From: Nitrosomonas europaea
Lineage (GTDB): Bacteria > Pseudomonadota > Gammaproteobacteria > Burkholderiales > Nitrosomonadaceae
Length of the DNA stretch: 32,000 nucleotides
NCBI RefSeq assembly: GCF_900167395.1
Contig: NZ_FUWK01000024.1
Location: forward strand, 1 to 32,000
Reading direction: 5' to 3'
In this document: in pieces, positions 6,728 through 15,016 of the stretch
How positions within the stretch are numbered: position 1 is the stretch's first letter
Layout: each line of letters starts with the position of its first letter
The notes under the pieces: model-generated
Seen by the model: the letters and a program-made list of their open reading frames with translations, nothing else
What the model was told of the DNA's origin: nothing
The model's database searches: none
Program-made: the position numbers and the translations under genes

Positions 6728-7354
6728 ATGTTCGAAGATCGTACCGCAGCCGCCATCCGGCTGGCAGAACAGCTCAAAATCTACCGGGGACAGAACCCGC
6801 TGGTACTGGCGATTCCACGCGGTGCGGTACCTATGTCCCGCATCATCGCAGACAAGCTGGGTGGTGAACTGGATGTCGTGCTGGTACGCAAGCTGCGCGC
6901 GCCCGGCAATCCGGAATTCGCGATTGGTGCCATCGATGAGAACGGGCAGGTTTATCTGGCCGGCCATGCTGCACAAAGCGGTGCCACTCCCGCATACATC
7001 GAAACCGAAAAAGCTGCCCAGCTCGAATTATTACGTGAACGTCGCCTGCGCTATACGCCCGTTCGCCCGCCTGCTGATCCGCATGACCGGATCGTGATCG
7101 TGGTGGATGATGGCCTGGCAACCGGTGCCACTATGATTGCGGCACTGCACACCGTGCGCAGCCGGCGGCCGCGTAAACTGATATGCGCTGTACCTGTTGC
7201 ACCTGCCGGAACACTGGCTGACATCACGCCGCTTGCGGACGAGATCATCTGTCTGGAAACACCAGCAGTATTTTATTCAGTAGGCCAGTTTTATCATTCG
7301 TTTCCACAGATCGATGACGATCAAGTCATCACGGCGCTGGGGACTGCTCCGTAA
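6728..7354 (+). CDS. Phosphoribosyltransferase-family protein (COG1926-like stand-alone PRTase)
   Basis: An ATG at 6728 follows AAGGAGGG. The protein starts MFEDRTAAAIRLAEQLKIYRGQNPLVLAIPRGAVPM and has the PRPP-binding loop VIVVDDGLATGATM. The upstream 56 codons of the tracked ORF are low-complexity and were discarded. Confidence 0.85.
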   Translation: MFEDRTAAAIRLAEQLKIYRGQNPLVLAIPRGAVPMSRIIADKLGGELDVVLVRKLRAPGNPEFAIGAIDENGQVYLAGHAAQSGATPAYIETEKAAQLELLRERRLRYTPVRPPADPHDRIVIVVDDGLATGATMIAALHTVRSRRPRKLICAVPVAPAGTLADITPLADEIICLETPAVFYSVGQFYHSFPQIDDDQVITALGTAP

Positions 7355-7431
7355 AAACGCATCGACAAATCGACTGCCTGGATGCCCCTGGTCAGGCTGC
7401 CGATCGAAACACGATCCACCCTCGTTTCGGC
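7340..7431 (-). pseudogene. Displaced duplicate of the nadC 3' end (last ~27 codons)
   Basis: Positions 7352-7431 match 9301-9380 at 72/80 identities with no gaps, counted by hand. The copy encodes AETRVDRVSIGSLTRGIQAVDLSMRFY versus AETGVDRISIGSLTKDIRAVDLSMRFY in the intact gene. It overlaps the stop codon of the PRTase gene. Confidence 0.8.
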
Positions 7432-7646
7432 GTACATTGTGCTCTGGAACAGTTCGTACTGGACACATCCCAACATTCCATGATCCGGTGGGGTGTGCTA
7501 TCGTTCGTCAGCATGTGTGCAATCATCAGTCACGCCAGAAATGGCTATCTGTCACTTCTTTTTGCACCACGTCAGCATAAAAATCCTCATCGGAGCTGGA
7601 GTTTACCAAAGGTTCCAATCTTTTTACCTCACGATCTCGAGCGGTA

Positions 7647-9197
7647 ATGACAAAAAAGCTACCTATTGGCATTCAGACCTTCCGCGAAATTCGCGAAGAA
7701 TCGTATTACTACGTTGATAAAACTTCGTTTGCCCTGAAACTGGCAATGGAGGGAAAGTACTATTTTCTCTCCCGCCCGCGCCGGTTTGGTAAAAGCCTGT
7801 TTCTTGATACGCTTGCCGAGCTTTTTGCCGGCAATGAAGCCTTATTCCACGGGCTTTACTGTCATGACCGGTGGGATTGGTCAGTCAGATATCCGATAAT
7901 TCGTCTGAGCTTTGCCGAAGGGTGGCTGGAAAGCCGGGCGCAACTGGATAAGCGCATTTGCTGGCTGCTGGAACAGAATCAGCAACGTCTGGGAGTGACT
8001 TGCAAACAAGAAAGTGATATCCCGGGCAGCTTCGCCGAACTGCTGCAAAATGCTGAAGCAAAATATGGCCAGCGCTGTGTTGTTCTGGTCGATGAGTACG
8101 ACAAACCGATTCTTGACAACATTACTGAACCGGAAATTGCGCGTGCCATGCGGGAGGGATTACGTAACCTGTATTCAGTCATCAAGGGACAGGATGCCCA
8201 TATCAGATTTGCCTTTCTCACGGGGGTGTCAAAGTTCAGCAAGGTCAGTATTTTTTCAGGGCTGAACAATCTCAATGACATCACGATCGACGCTGATTAT
8301 TCGGCCATTTGCGGCTACACCGATGAGGATGTGGATACCGTTTTCGCACCAGAATTGCCGGGGCTGGATCGTCAACAGATCCAGGACTGGTACAATGGTT
8401 ATAACTGGACAGGTCAGCCGGTCTATAACCCGTTTGATCTGTTGCTGCTGTTTGATAAACGCGAGTTCCGTGCCTACTGGTTCGAAACGGGTACGCCGAC
8501 TTTTCTGGTTGACTGGTTGATGCAACGAGGGTACTTCACGCCCAGCCTCAGCCGCCAGTATTCCAGTCTTGAGCTGCTTTCCGCTTTCGATGTTGACCAT
8601 ATTGAACCGGAAGCACTGTTGTTTCAAACCGGCTATACCACCCTTCAGGGTGTGGAGGAATATCTGCCGGGACAGCGCATTTATTGGCTGGGTTATCCCA
8701 ATAAGGAAGTGCAAATCAGTCTGAACAATGCCCTGCTGCCAGCACTCGGGATTGAAGGCCAGAAGGTGCTGACCCATCGCATCAGGTTGCTTGAGTTATT
8801 GCGGGCCAATAATTTTGCCGGGTTGCAGCAGTTGTTTACCAGCTTCTTTGCCAGTATTCCGCACGACTGGTACCGCAACAACCCGATTGCGCAATACGAA
8901 GGCTATTACGCCAGCGTGTTTTACAGTCACTTTGCTGCGCTGGGGCTGGATATCGTGGTGGAGGATACGACCCATCATGGCCGCATTGATATGGCAGTTA
9001 CATTTAACGCCAATGTTTATCTGTTCGAATTCAAGGTGGTGGAACTGGTGCCAGAAGGTCATGCCCTGGAACAACTCAAGACAAAAGGTTATGCAGAGAA
9101 ATACAAAATCCGTAATGAGCCGATTTACCTCATCGGTGCTGAATTCAGCAAGGACAGCCGCAGCGTGGTGGCTTTCGATGTAGAGCTGTTTGCGTGA
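7647..9197 (+). CDS. AAA-ATPase-like / PD-(D/E)XK nuclease-superfamily protein (PF09820 + PF08011 architecture)
   Basis: The 516-aa ORF has the characteristic N-terminus LPIGIQTFREIREESYYYVDKTSFALKL...FLSRPRRFGKSLFLDTL. The C-terminus has a nuclease-like GRIDMAV...VYLFEFKV (D...ExK) motif. Family names are recalled from memory. Confidence 0.85.
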   Translation: MTKKLPIGIQTFREIREESYYYVDKTSFALKLAMEGKYYFLSRPRRFGKSLFLDTLAELFAGNEALFHGLYCHDRWDWSVRYPIIRLSFAEGWLESRAQLDKRICWLLEQNQQRLGVTCKQESDIPGSFAELLQNAEAKYGQRCVVLVDEYDKPILDNITEPEIARAMREGLRNLYSVIKGQDAHIRFAFLTGVSKFSKVSIFSGLNNLNDITIDADYSAICGYTDEDVDTVFAPELPGLDRQQIQDWYNGYNWTGQPVYNPFDLLLLFDKREFRAYWFETGTPTFLVDWLMQRGYFTPSLSRQYSSLELLSAFDVDHIEPEALLFQTGYTTLQGVEEYLPGQRIYWLGYPNKEVQISLNNALLPALGIEGQKVLTHRIRLLELLRANNFAGLQQLFTSFFASIPHDWYRNNPIAQYEGYYASVFYSHFAALGLDIVVEDTTHHGRIDMAVTFNANVYLFEFKVVELVPEGHALEQLKTKGYAEKYKIRNEPIYLIGAEFSKDSRSVVAFDVELFA

Positions 9198-9236
9198 TTG
9201 AGCCCTTGCCCTTTTCACCAATCAATTTATAACGGA

Positions 9237-9262
9237 CATATCCCATCATTTGATGAGATATG
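9237..9262. terminator. Imperfect 12-bp-stem hairpin between the convergent AAA-ATPase and nadC genes
   Basis: CATATCCCATCA-TT-TGATGAGATATG has 11 of 12 stem positions paired. There is no adjacent T-run, so its function is uncertain. Confidence 0.35.
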
Positions 9263-9284
9263 ACAGCCAGCCGCTCATTTTTTA

Positions 9285-10139
9285 TCACAATACCGCTTCA
9301 TAAAAACGCATCGACAAATCGACTGCCCGGATATCCTTGGTCAGGCTGCCGATCGAAATACGATCCACTCCCGTTTCAGCTATCGCACGCACAGTATCGA
9401 GCGTGACGTTACCGGAAGCTTCAAGCACCGCCGGCCCACCCGGGAACTGCCGGTTAAAAGCAACCGCATCCCGCAAAGCGGGCAAATCGAAGTTATCCAG
9501 CAGAACCATGCGCGCTCCGGCAGACAGGGCCTGCATCAGCTCACCCTGTGTTTCCACTTCGATCTGGATGAACACTTCGGGAGGAGCGATTTCGATCGCC
9601 TTACGCAAGGCAGCCTCGATACTGCCGGCCGCAATGATATGGTTCTCCTTGATCAGGATACCGTCATAAAGACCCGTACGATGGTTGACCCCGCCTCCGC
9701 ACCGCACGGCGTATTTCTGCGCGAGACGCAAGCCAGGCAGGGTTTTGCGGGTATCGACGATTTGCGTGCCAGTGCCTTCGATCGCCTCGACAAACTTGCG
9801 GGTACGTGTCGCCACTGCCGAAAGCATCTGCAGAAAATTCAGAGCGGTGCGTTCCCCAGTCAACAATGCCCGGGCATCTCCATCGAGTACGCATAACGTC
9901 TGGCCAGCGCTGGTTTGCTGCCCTTCGCTGACATGCCAGTCGATCCTGACAGAGGGCGACAGCTGGCGGAAGCTTTCATCGAACCACGGGATACCGCAGA
10001 TGACGATGGCCTCCCGCACGATTACCTGCGCACTGAGGCATTTGCCGGGCGGGATGAGGGAAGCAGTCAGATCCCCCGTACCGATATCCTCACTCAATGC
10101 CAGGCGAACCTGGTTACTGATTGCTTCACTTTGCAACAT
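9285..10139 (-). CDS. nadC: Nicotinate-nucleotide pyrophosphorylase (quinolinate phosphoribosyltransferase)
   Basis: The 284-aa ORF contains LTGERTALNFLQMLSAVATRTR, TRKTLPGLRLAQKYAVRCGGGVNHR and IKENHI. It is colinear with E. coli NadC as recalled. Confidence 0.95.
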   Translation of the reverse strand: MLQSEAISNQVRLALSEDIGTGDLTASLIPPGKCLSAQVIVREAIVICGIPWFDESFRQLSPSVRIDWHVSEGQQTSAGQTLCVLDGDARALLTGERTALNFLQMLSAVATRTRKFVEAIEGTGTQIVDTRKTLPGLRLAQKYAVRCGGGVNHRTGLYDGILIKENHIIAAGSIEAALRKAIEIAPPEVFIQIEVETQGELMQALSAGARMVLLDNFDLPALRDAVAFNRQFPGGPAVLEASGNVTLDTVRAIAETGVDRISIGSLTKDIRAVDLSMRFYEAVL

Positions 10140-10182
10140 GCTTCAAACTCGATCCTTTCAACAATCAAGAAAACGGGGAACC

Positions 10183-11676
10183 ATGCCTGACAGCCTGATC
10201 GATCTGATCATTTACAGCGTCGGCACCATTCTTGGGCTGATCGTCGTCGGCGCCATCGTGACCTTTTTCATCCGCGACGTCACCCAGAAAGAACACGCCA
10301 TACTGCGCAATTATCCCATTATTGGCCGGTTGCGCTATTTTTTCGAGATCCAGGGAAAATATTTCCGCCAGTATTTCTTTTCCGGTGATCGCGATGAAAT
10401 GCCGTTCAACCGCGCCACCCGGAAATGGATATACAAAAATGCCAAGAACAGAGGCGGTATCATCGGCTTTGGTTCCACCTACGATCTGCGTGAACCGGGC
10501 GCATTCATTTTCGTCAATGCTGCTTTTCCCATACTGGAAGAAGATCAGTTACCCACCCCGGCCTTATCCATTGGCGAAGGATACTGCGACCAGCCTTTTC
10601 TGGCGCGATCCATCATCAATATCAGCGCCATGAGCTATGGCGCCATTTCCACACCTGCTGTGCGCGCACTATCACGCGGTGCAGCCAAAGCCGGATGCTG
10701 GCTGAATACAGGTGAAGGCGGGCTGGCTCCCTGCCATCTGGAAGGGGAATGTGATCGCATCATGCAGATTGGTACCGCCAAATACGGTATTCGGGATATA
10801 CAGGGAAATTTTTCTGCTACCCGTGCAAAGGAAATCGCTCAGTCGGTCAAAGCATTCGAAATCAAGCTCTCCCAGGGAGCAAAACCGGGTAAAGGAGGTG
10901 TACTGCCCGCCTCCAAGGTCAACCCGGAAATTGCTGCTATCCGGGGAATTCCGCCTTATCAGGATTCCATCAGCCCCAATCGGCATCATGATATTGGCAA
11001 TATCGATGAATTGCTGGATCAGGTAGCTTTCATCCGGGAACTGACCGGACGACCGGTGGGCGTCAAAACCGCCATTGGCGGCTGGCATTTCATCAACGAA
11101 CTGTGTGATACCATCCTGCGCCGCGGTCTGGAATATGCACCTGATTTTCTGACGATCGATGGTGGAGAAGGCGGCAGTGGAGCGGCGCCCCAGACGCTGC
11201 TCGATCATGCCGGCCTGCCGATCACGGAAGCACTGCCACGAGTGGTCGATGCCCTGATCGAATCCGGTCTGAAACAGCGCATACGCGTCGTGGCGGCAGG
11301 GAAACTGGTTACTTCTGCACAGGGTGCCTGGGCATTGTGCGTTGGCGCAGATTTCATCAACACCGCCCGCGGATTCATGTTTGCCCTGGGTTGCATCCAG
11401 GCCATGCGCTGTCATCTGAACACCTGTCCGACCGGCATCACTACCCACAATCCGCGCTTACAGCGCGGCCTGGTAGTAGAAGAAAAATACCTGCGAGTAG
11501 CCAATTACGCGCTCAACGTCAATCATGAAATCAATATGATCGCCCATTCCTGCGGATTAAAGCACGCCCGCGAACTGCGCCGGGAGCACATACGTATCGT
11601 CGAAAAAGCCGGGATAAGTGTAGCGCTCAACATATTGCACCCATATCCGGAAACGAAATCGACTGTTCGTAATTGA
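10183..11676 (+). CDS. FMN-binding glutamate synthase-family protein (GltB domain-2-like) with an N-terminal membrane anchor
   Basis: An ATG at 10183 gives MPDSLIDLIIYSVGTILGLIVVGAIVTFFIRD, a TM helix. The protein then contains ISAMSYGAIS, KLSQGAKPGKGG and DFLTIDGGEGGSGAAP motifs. The 5' part of the tracked 663-aa ORF is antisense to nadC and was discarded. Confidence 0.85.
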   Translation: MPDSLIDLIIYSVGTILGLIVVGAIVTFFIRDVTQKEHAILRNYPIIGRLRYFFEIQGKYFRQYFFSGDRDEMPFNRATRKWIYKNAKNRGGIIGFGSTYDLREPGAFIFVNAAFPILEEDQLPTPALSIGEGYCDQPFLARSIINISAMSYGAISTPAVRALSRGAAKAGCWLNTGEGGLAPCHLEGECDRIMQIGTAKYGIRDIQGNFSATRAKEIAQSVKAFEIKLSQGAKPGKGGVLPASKVNPEIAAIRGIPPYQDSISPNRHHDIGNIDELLDQVAFIRELTGRPVGVKTAIGGWHFINELCDTILRRGLEYAPDFLTIDGGEGGSGAAPQTLLDHAGLPITEALPRVVDALIESGLKQRIRVVAAGKLVTSAQGAWALCVGADFINTARGFMFALGCIQAMRCHLNTCPTGITTHNPRLQRGLVVEEKYLRVANYALNVNHEINMIAHSCGLKHARELRREHIRIVEKAGISVALNILHPYPETKSTVRN

Positions 11677-11845
11677 ACGACTGGTTCAGCCTGTTTTTTG
11701 GCGGAAGTAAAAACAAGGAAAATTCAATATATTGCCGGGTTTGCTGTTCTCACCTTCCTCGCCTTCTCCCTACCCCACCGACCTCTGAGCTCTTCTGATC
11801 CGGCGACACAAGCCCCTGTAAATCTTTCCCGCTCGTCATAAAGGA

Positions 11846-11885
11846 AATATTGATATTAATATTAACTATAACTATAATAATTCTC
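11846..11885. promoter_or_regulatory. Two adjacent Fur-box-like 19-mers in an AT-rich tract
   Basis: AATATTGATATTAATATTA (11846-11864) matches GATAATGATAATCATTATC at 12/19 positions, and TATAACTATAATAATTCTC (11867-11885) matches at 14/19, both hand-counted. They lie about 230 nt upstream of the TonB-dependent receptor start. Confidence 0.4.
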
Positions 11886-12117
11886 ACTAATATTTGTTTT
11901 TTTATTAAAAAGTTCCAGTAAATTTGCTTTGTGAGCGAGTTTTCCGGTTTTTTAGTATGTGTCTTGGCTGTAATACCAATTATCAGCAGCGTCTCAACTG
12001 ATGAGCAGCAAATCGGGATTGATCTGAACAGTGGTCTTTCTGAACCAGAAACCCTTAATAACAATTTTTTAATTACCAGCAGCAAACCAATCAACAATCT
12101 CATTAGAGGGAAATGAA

Positions 12118-14316
12118 ATGTCGCAACAGCAAAAAACGCTGCTCCCCCTGGGCGCAGCACTGATGGCCGGCGGGCTGTCGATCAGCGCCTTTGCAGCGGA
12201 AGGGAGTGAATCATCCGAAGCTGCCGTTCTTCCTACCATCAAGGTGCAGACGAGCGCCGAAGAGCAGGATGGTTACCGTGCCACTGCGACTCGTGTCGGT
12301 AAAAAATTGCAGGATCCGCACGATATTCCACAGGCAGTGACCACTATTACCAACCAGTTCATGGAAGACTACCAGGCAAGCTCACTGAGGGATGCGCTGC
12401 GCCACGTTGCCGGCTTGTCTTTCAACGCTGCAGAGGGCGGGCGTTCCGGTGACAATATGATGTTGCGCGGTTTCTACACCTTTGGTGATATGTATCTGGA
12501 CGGTATCCGCGATACTGCACAGTACAACCGTGAAATCTTCTATATGGAGCAAGTGGATGTACTGCGCGGAGCGGGCGCCATGATGTTCGGACGTGGTCAG
12601 GCCGGTGGTGTCATCAACCAGGTCAGCAAGGCACCACACATTGGGGATAGAGGCAAAATCACCGGTAGCGTCGGGATGTACGGTTACTACGAAATGACCG
12701 GTGATTTCAACAAGCAGATCACTGACACCATTGCCATCCGTTTCAATGGAATGAAACGTACCGAAGACAGCTGGCGCAAGAATCCGGCGGCAGATGACAG
12801 AGCCAGCCTGGATCGTGATGGATTTGCCATCAGTGCCGGGATAGGTCTCAACACTGCTAATGAATTCATCCTGAGCCATATCCGCACGACAACGAATGAC
12901 AAACCAGATTTTGGTGTCAGCTTTGATGCGACGACGCGCAGACCACAAGAACGATTTCCAGCAAAATATTACTGGGGAACCAACAGTAATTTTGACAAAA
13001 GCACGGTAAATATCACCACAGCAAGCTTTACTCACCGTTTTTCGCCTGACAGTGAGTGGCGCACCCAGTTACGCTACGGCGATTATGAACGCAGTTACTG
13101 GGCACGTACTCCCAGCCTCACTGTTGCTCCTAATATCGGAGGCACGATTTGTACACCTAACTGTAATGGCGGGCCGACGCGCGCAATGGACTACGAAACA
13201 CTAGCCATTCAGACTGATTACAATAAAAAATTCCAGTTGTTTGGAATGAACCACGAATTCCTCGCCGGTGCAGAATATCTCAATGAAGACGGCTTCCGTC
13301 ATTCCTTACAGAATTTCGGCGGGACGACAGCGGCCAATCCTCCTCTGTATCGCCCTTACGAGATTAATTCAGCAGGGAACCCAGTCGATTTCAAATCCCG
13401 CACCTATGCCGTTTATATGCAGGATACGATCGAGTTCATTCCTAAATGGAAACTCACACTGGGCGGGCGACGCGACGAGATGAAAGCGATATATTCGAAT
13501 ACACTCTCTCCCAGACTGAGATATGGCGAGTGGAGTACACGCGGAGCCTTGTCCTACCATTTTTCAGATCAGTCACATTTTTATGTAGCCTATAGCGATT
13601 CATTCAGTCCGACGGCTGATCTGTATCAGCTCAACGTTGCGCCTCTCCCGCCGGAACGCAGTCAGGTCAAGGAAGTCGGTGCGAAATGGCTGTTGTTTGA
13701 AGGCGATCTGGCACTGCGTGCAGCACTGTACCGTGCCGACAAGCAATGGGAACGCAATACCGATCTGGAATCAACCGCATCTGTCCTTACCCGAAAACGC
13801 CGCACCGATGGAATCGAACTGGAAATGGCAGGCCGCATCACCCCCAACTGGGAAGTATTCTCCGGTTTCACTGTGATGGATTCAGAAGTCCGGAAAGTGG
13901 CTGTCAACGTCAATCCGAATACCGGTGCCCTGACTTCGGGCAACCCGGCATACGAGGGTGAACGCTCACGCAACACTCCCCCTTATACATTCAACCTGTG
14001 GACGACCTATAAACTGCCCTATGGCTGGAGAGTAGGTGGAGGTGTCGAAGTAAAAGGCAAGCGTTACGCCTACAACCCAAGCGGTGCCGGCCCTATCCCC
14101 ACCCTGCCGGGTGAAACCGAATTCCATCCCAACACTGCGCCTTCCTATATGCGCTGGGATGCGATGGTTGCCTATGAACAACCAAAATGGGCGGTACGGT
14201 TGAATGTTCAGAACGTATTCAACAAGCTGTATTATGATGCTGTCTACGACAATGGCGGGTTTGTCATCCCAGGCCAGCGTCGCAGAGCGATCATGACTGC
14301 TGAATATCGTTTTTAA
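12118..14316 (+). CDS. TonB-dependent siderophore receptor (no N-terminal signalling extension)
   Basis: The 732-aa ORF has a signal peptide ending AFAAE, a TonB-box-like VLPTIKVQ, plug motifs (DALRHVAGLSF, RGF) and a terminal aromatic ..AEYRF. GAGGGA lies upstream of the ATG. Confidence 0.9.
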   Translation: MSQQQKTLLPLGAALMAGGLSISAFAAEGSESSEAAVLPTIKVQTSAEEQDGYRATATRVGKKLQDPHDIPQAVTTITNQFMEDYQASSLRDALRHVAGLSFNAAEGGRSGDNMMLRGFYTFGDMYLDGIRDTAQYNREIFYMEQVDVLRGAGAMMFGRGQAGGVINQVSKAPHIGDRGKITGSVGMYGYYEMTGDFNKQITDTIAIRFNGMKRTEDSWRKNPAADDRASLDRDGFAISAGIGLNTANEFILSHIRTTTNDKPDFGVSFDATTRRPQERFPAKYYWGTNSNFDKSTVNITTASFTHRFSPDSEWRTQLRYGDYERSYWARTPSLTVAPNIGGTICTPNCNGGPTRAMDYETLAIQTDYNKKFQLFGMNHEFLAGAEYLNEDGFRHSLQNFGGTTAANPPLYRPYEINSAGNPVDFKSRTYAVYMQDTIEFIPKWKLTLGGRRDEMKAIYSNTLSPRLRYGEWSTRGALSYHFSDQSHFYVAYSDSFSPTADLYQLNVAPLPPERSQVKEVGAKWLLFEGDLALRAALYRADKQWERNTDLESTASVLTRKRRTDGIELEMAGRITPNWEVFSGFTVMDSEVRKVAVNVNPNTGALTSGNPAYEGERSRNTPPYTFNLWTTYKLPYGWRVGGGVEVKGKRYAYNPSGAGPIPTLPGETEFHPNTAPSYMRWDAMVAYEQPKWAVRLNVQNVFNKLYYDAVYDNGGFVIPGQRRRAIMTAEYRF

Positions 14317-14332
14317 CCGGAAATCCAACTGA

Positions 14333-15016
14333 GTGCTTCTGACTATCGATGATGTTTTGACACAAGAGGAACTGGCCATCGCAAGAAGTATGCTGGCCAG
14401 ATCTGCCTGGGTAAGCGGGCTGGTAACGGCCGGTACCCAGGCTGCCCAGGTGAAAAACAATCAGCAAGTGCAGGAAAACGATCCGCAAATAGTCAACCTG
14501 CGCCGCCTGGTATTGGGAGCACTCAACCGCAACGCCCTGTTTTTCACGGCGACTCTGCCTGAAAAAATCGTACCGCCGTTCTTCAATCGCTACAGCGGGG
14601 AAACCAATCATTATGGTTTTCATGTGGATAATGCCATGCGCCTGCTGCCGGATGGCAGTGGATATGTCCGCACCGATGTATCCGCCACATTGTTTCTGTC
14701 TGATCCGCAGGAATACGATGGCGGAGAACTGGTCATCAACGATACTTTCGGTCAGCATGGTGTGAAACTGCAGGCAGGCAGTATGGTGATCTATCCTTCT
14801 TCCTCGATCCATCAAGTCACACCGGTCACCCGCGGAGAACGGCTGGCCTGCTTCATGTTCATCCAGAGCATGGTGCGTAACCCCGATCAACGACGCCTTC
14901 TGTATGAGATGGATATGGCATTGTTGCAGCTGCGCCAGAATATTGGTGAAACACCCGCCGTCGTCAGCCTGACCGGCACTTACCATAACCTGCTGCGACA
15001 GTGGGCTGACAGTTAG
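14333..15016 (+). CDS. piuC: Fe(II)/2-oxoglutarate-dependent PKHD-type hydroxylase (PiuC/YbiX family)
   Basis: The 227-aa ORF is colinear with E. coli YbiX as recalled: AWVSGLVTAGTQAAQVKNNQQ, FNRYSGETNHYGFHVD, ATLFLSDPQEYDGGELVINDTFGQH, YPSSSIHQVTPVTRG. It has a GTG start 17 nt after the receptor stop. Confidence 0.9.
   Translation: MLLTIDDVLTQEELAIARSMLARSAWVSGLVTAGTQAAQVKNNQQVQENDPQIVNLRRLVLGALNRNALFFTATLPEKIVPPFFNRYSGETNHYGFHVDNAMRLLPDGSGYVRTDVSATLFLSDPQEYDGGELVINDTFGQHGVKLQAGSMVIYPSSSIHQVTPVTRGERLACFMFIQSMVRNPDQRRLLYEMDMALLQLRQNIGETPAVVSLTGTYHNLLRQWADS

Noticed and set aside
9685-10182. The 5' third of the 663-aa ORF (9685-11676)
   Set aside because: It lies antisense to the well-supported nadC gene and its sequence is low-complexity (Arg/Ser/Pro-rich). 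A plausible ATG at 10183 gives a TM-anchored N-terminus typical of the family.
10140-10182. A very short (43-bp) divergent intergenic region between nadC and the glutamate-synthase-like gene
   Set aside because: It is unusual but not informative by itself. One of the two start codons may be mis-assigned, and no motif was detectable.
11931-12116. The 61-codon GTG ORF in the AT-rich leader of the TonB receptor
   Set aside because: Its composition is driven by AT-rich DNA, it has no SD and it has no recognisable peptide features.
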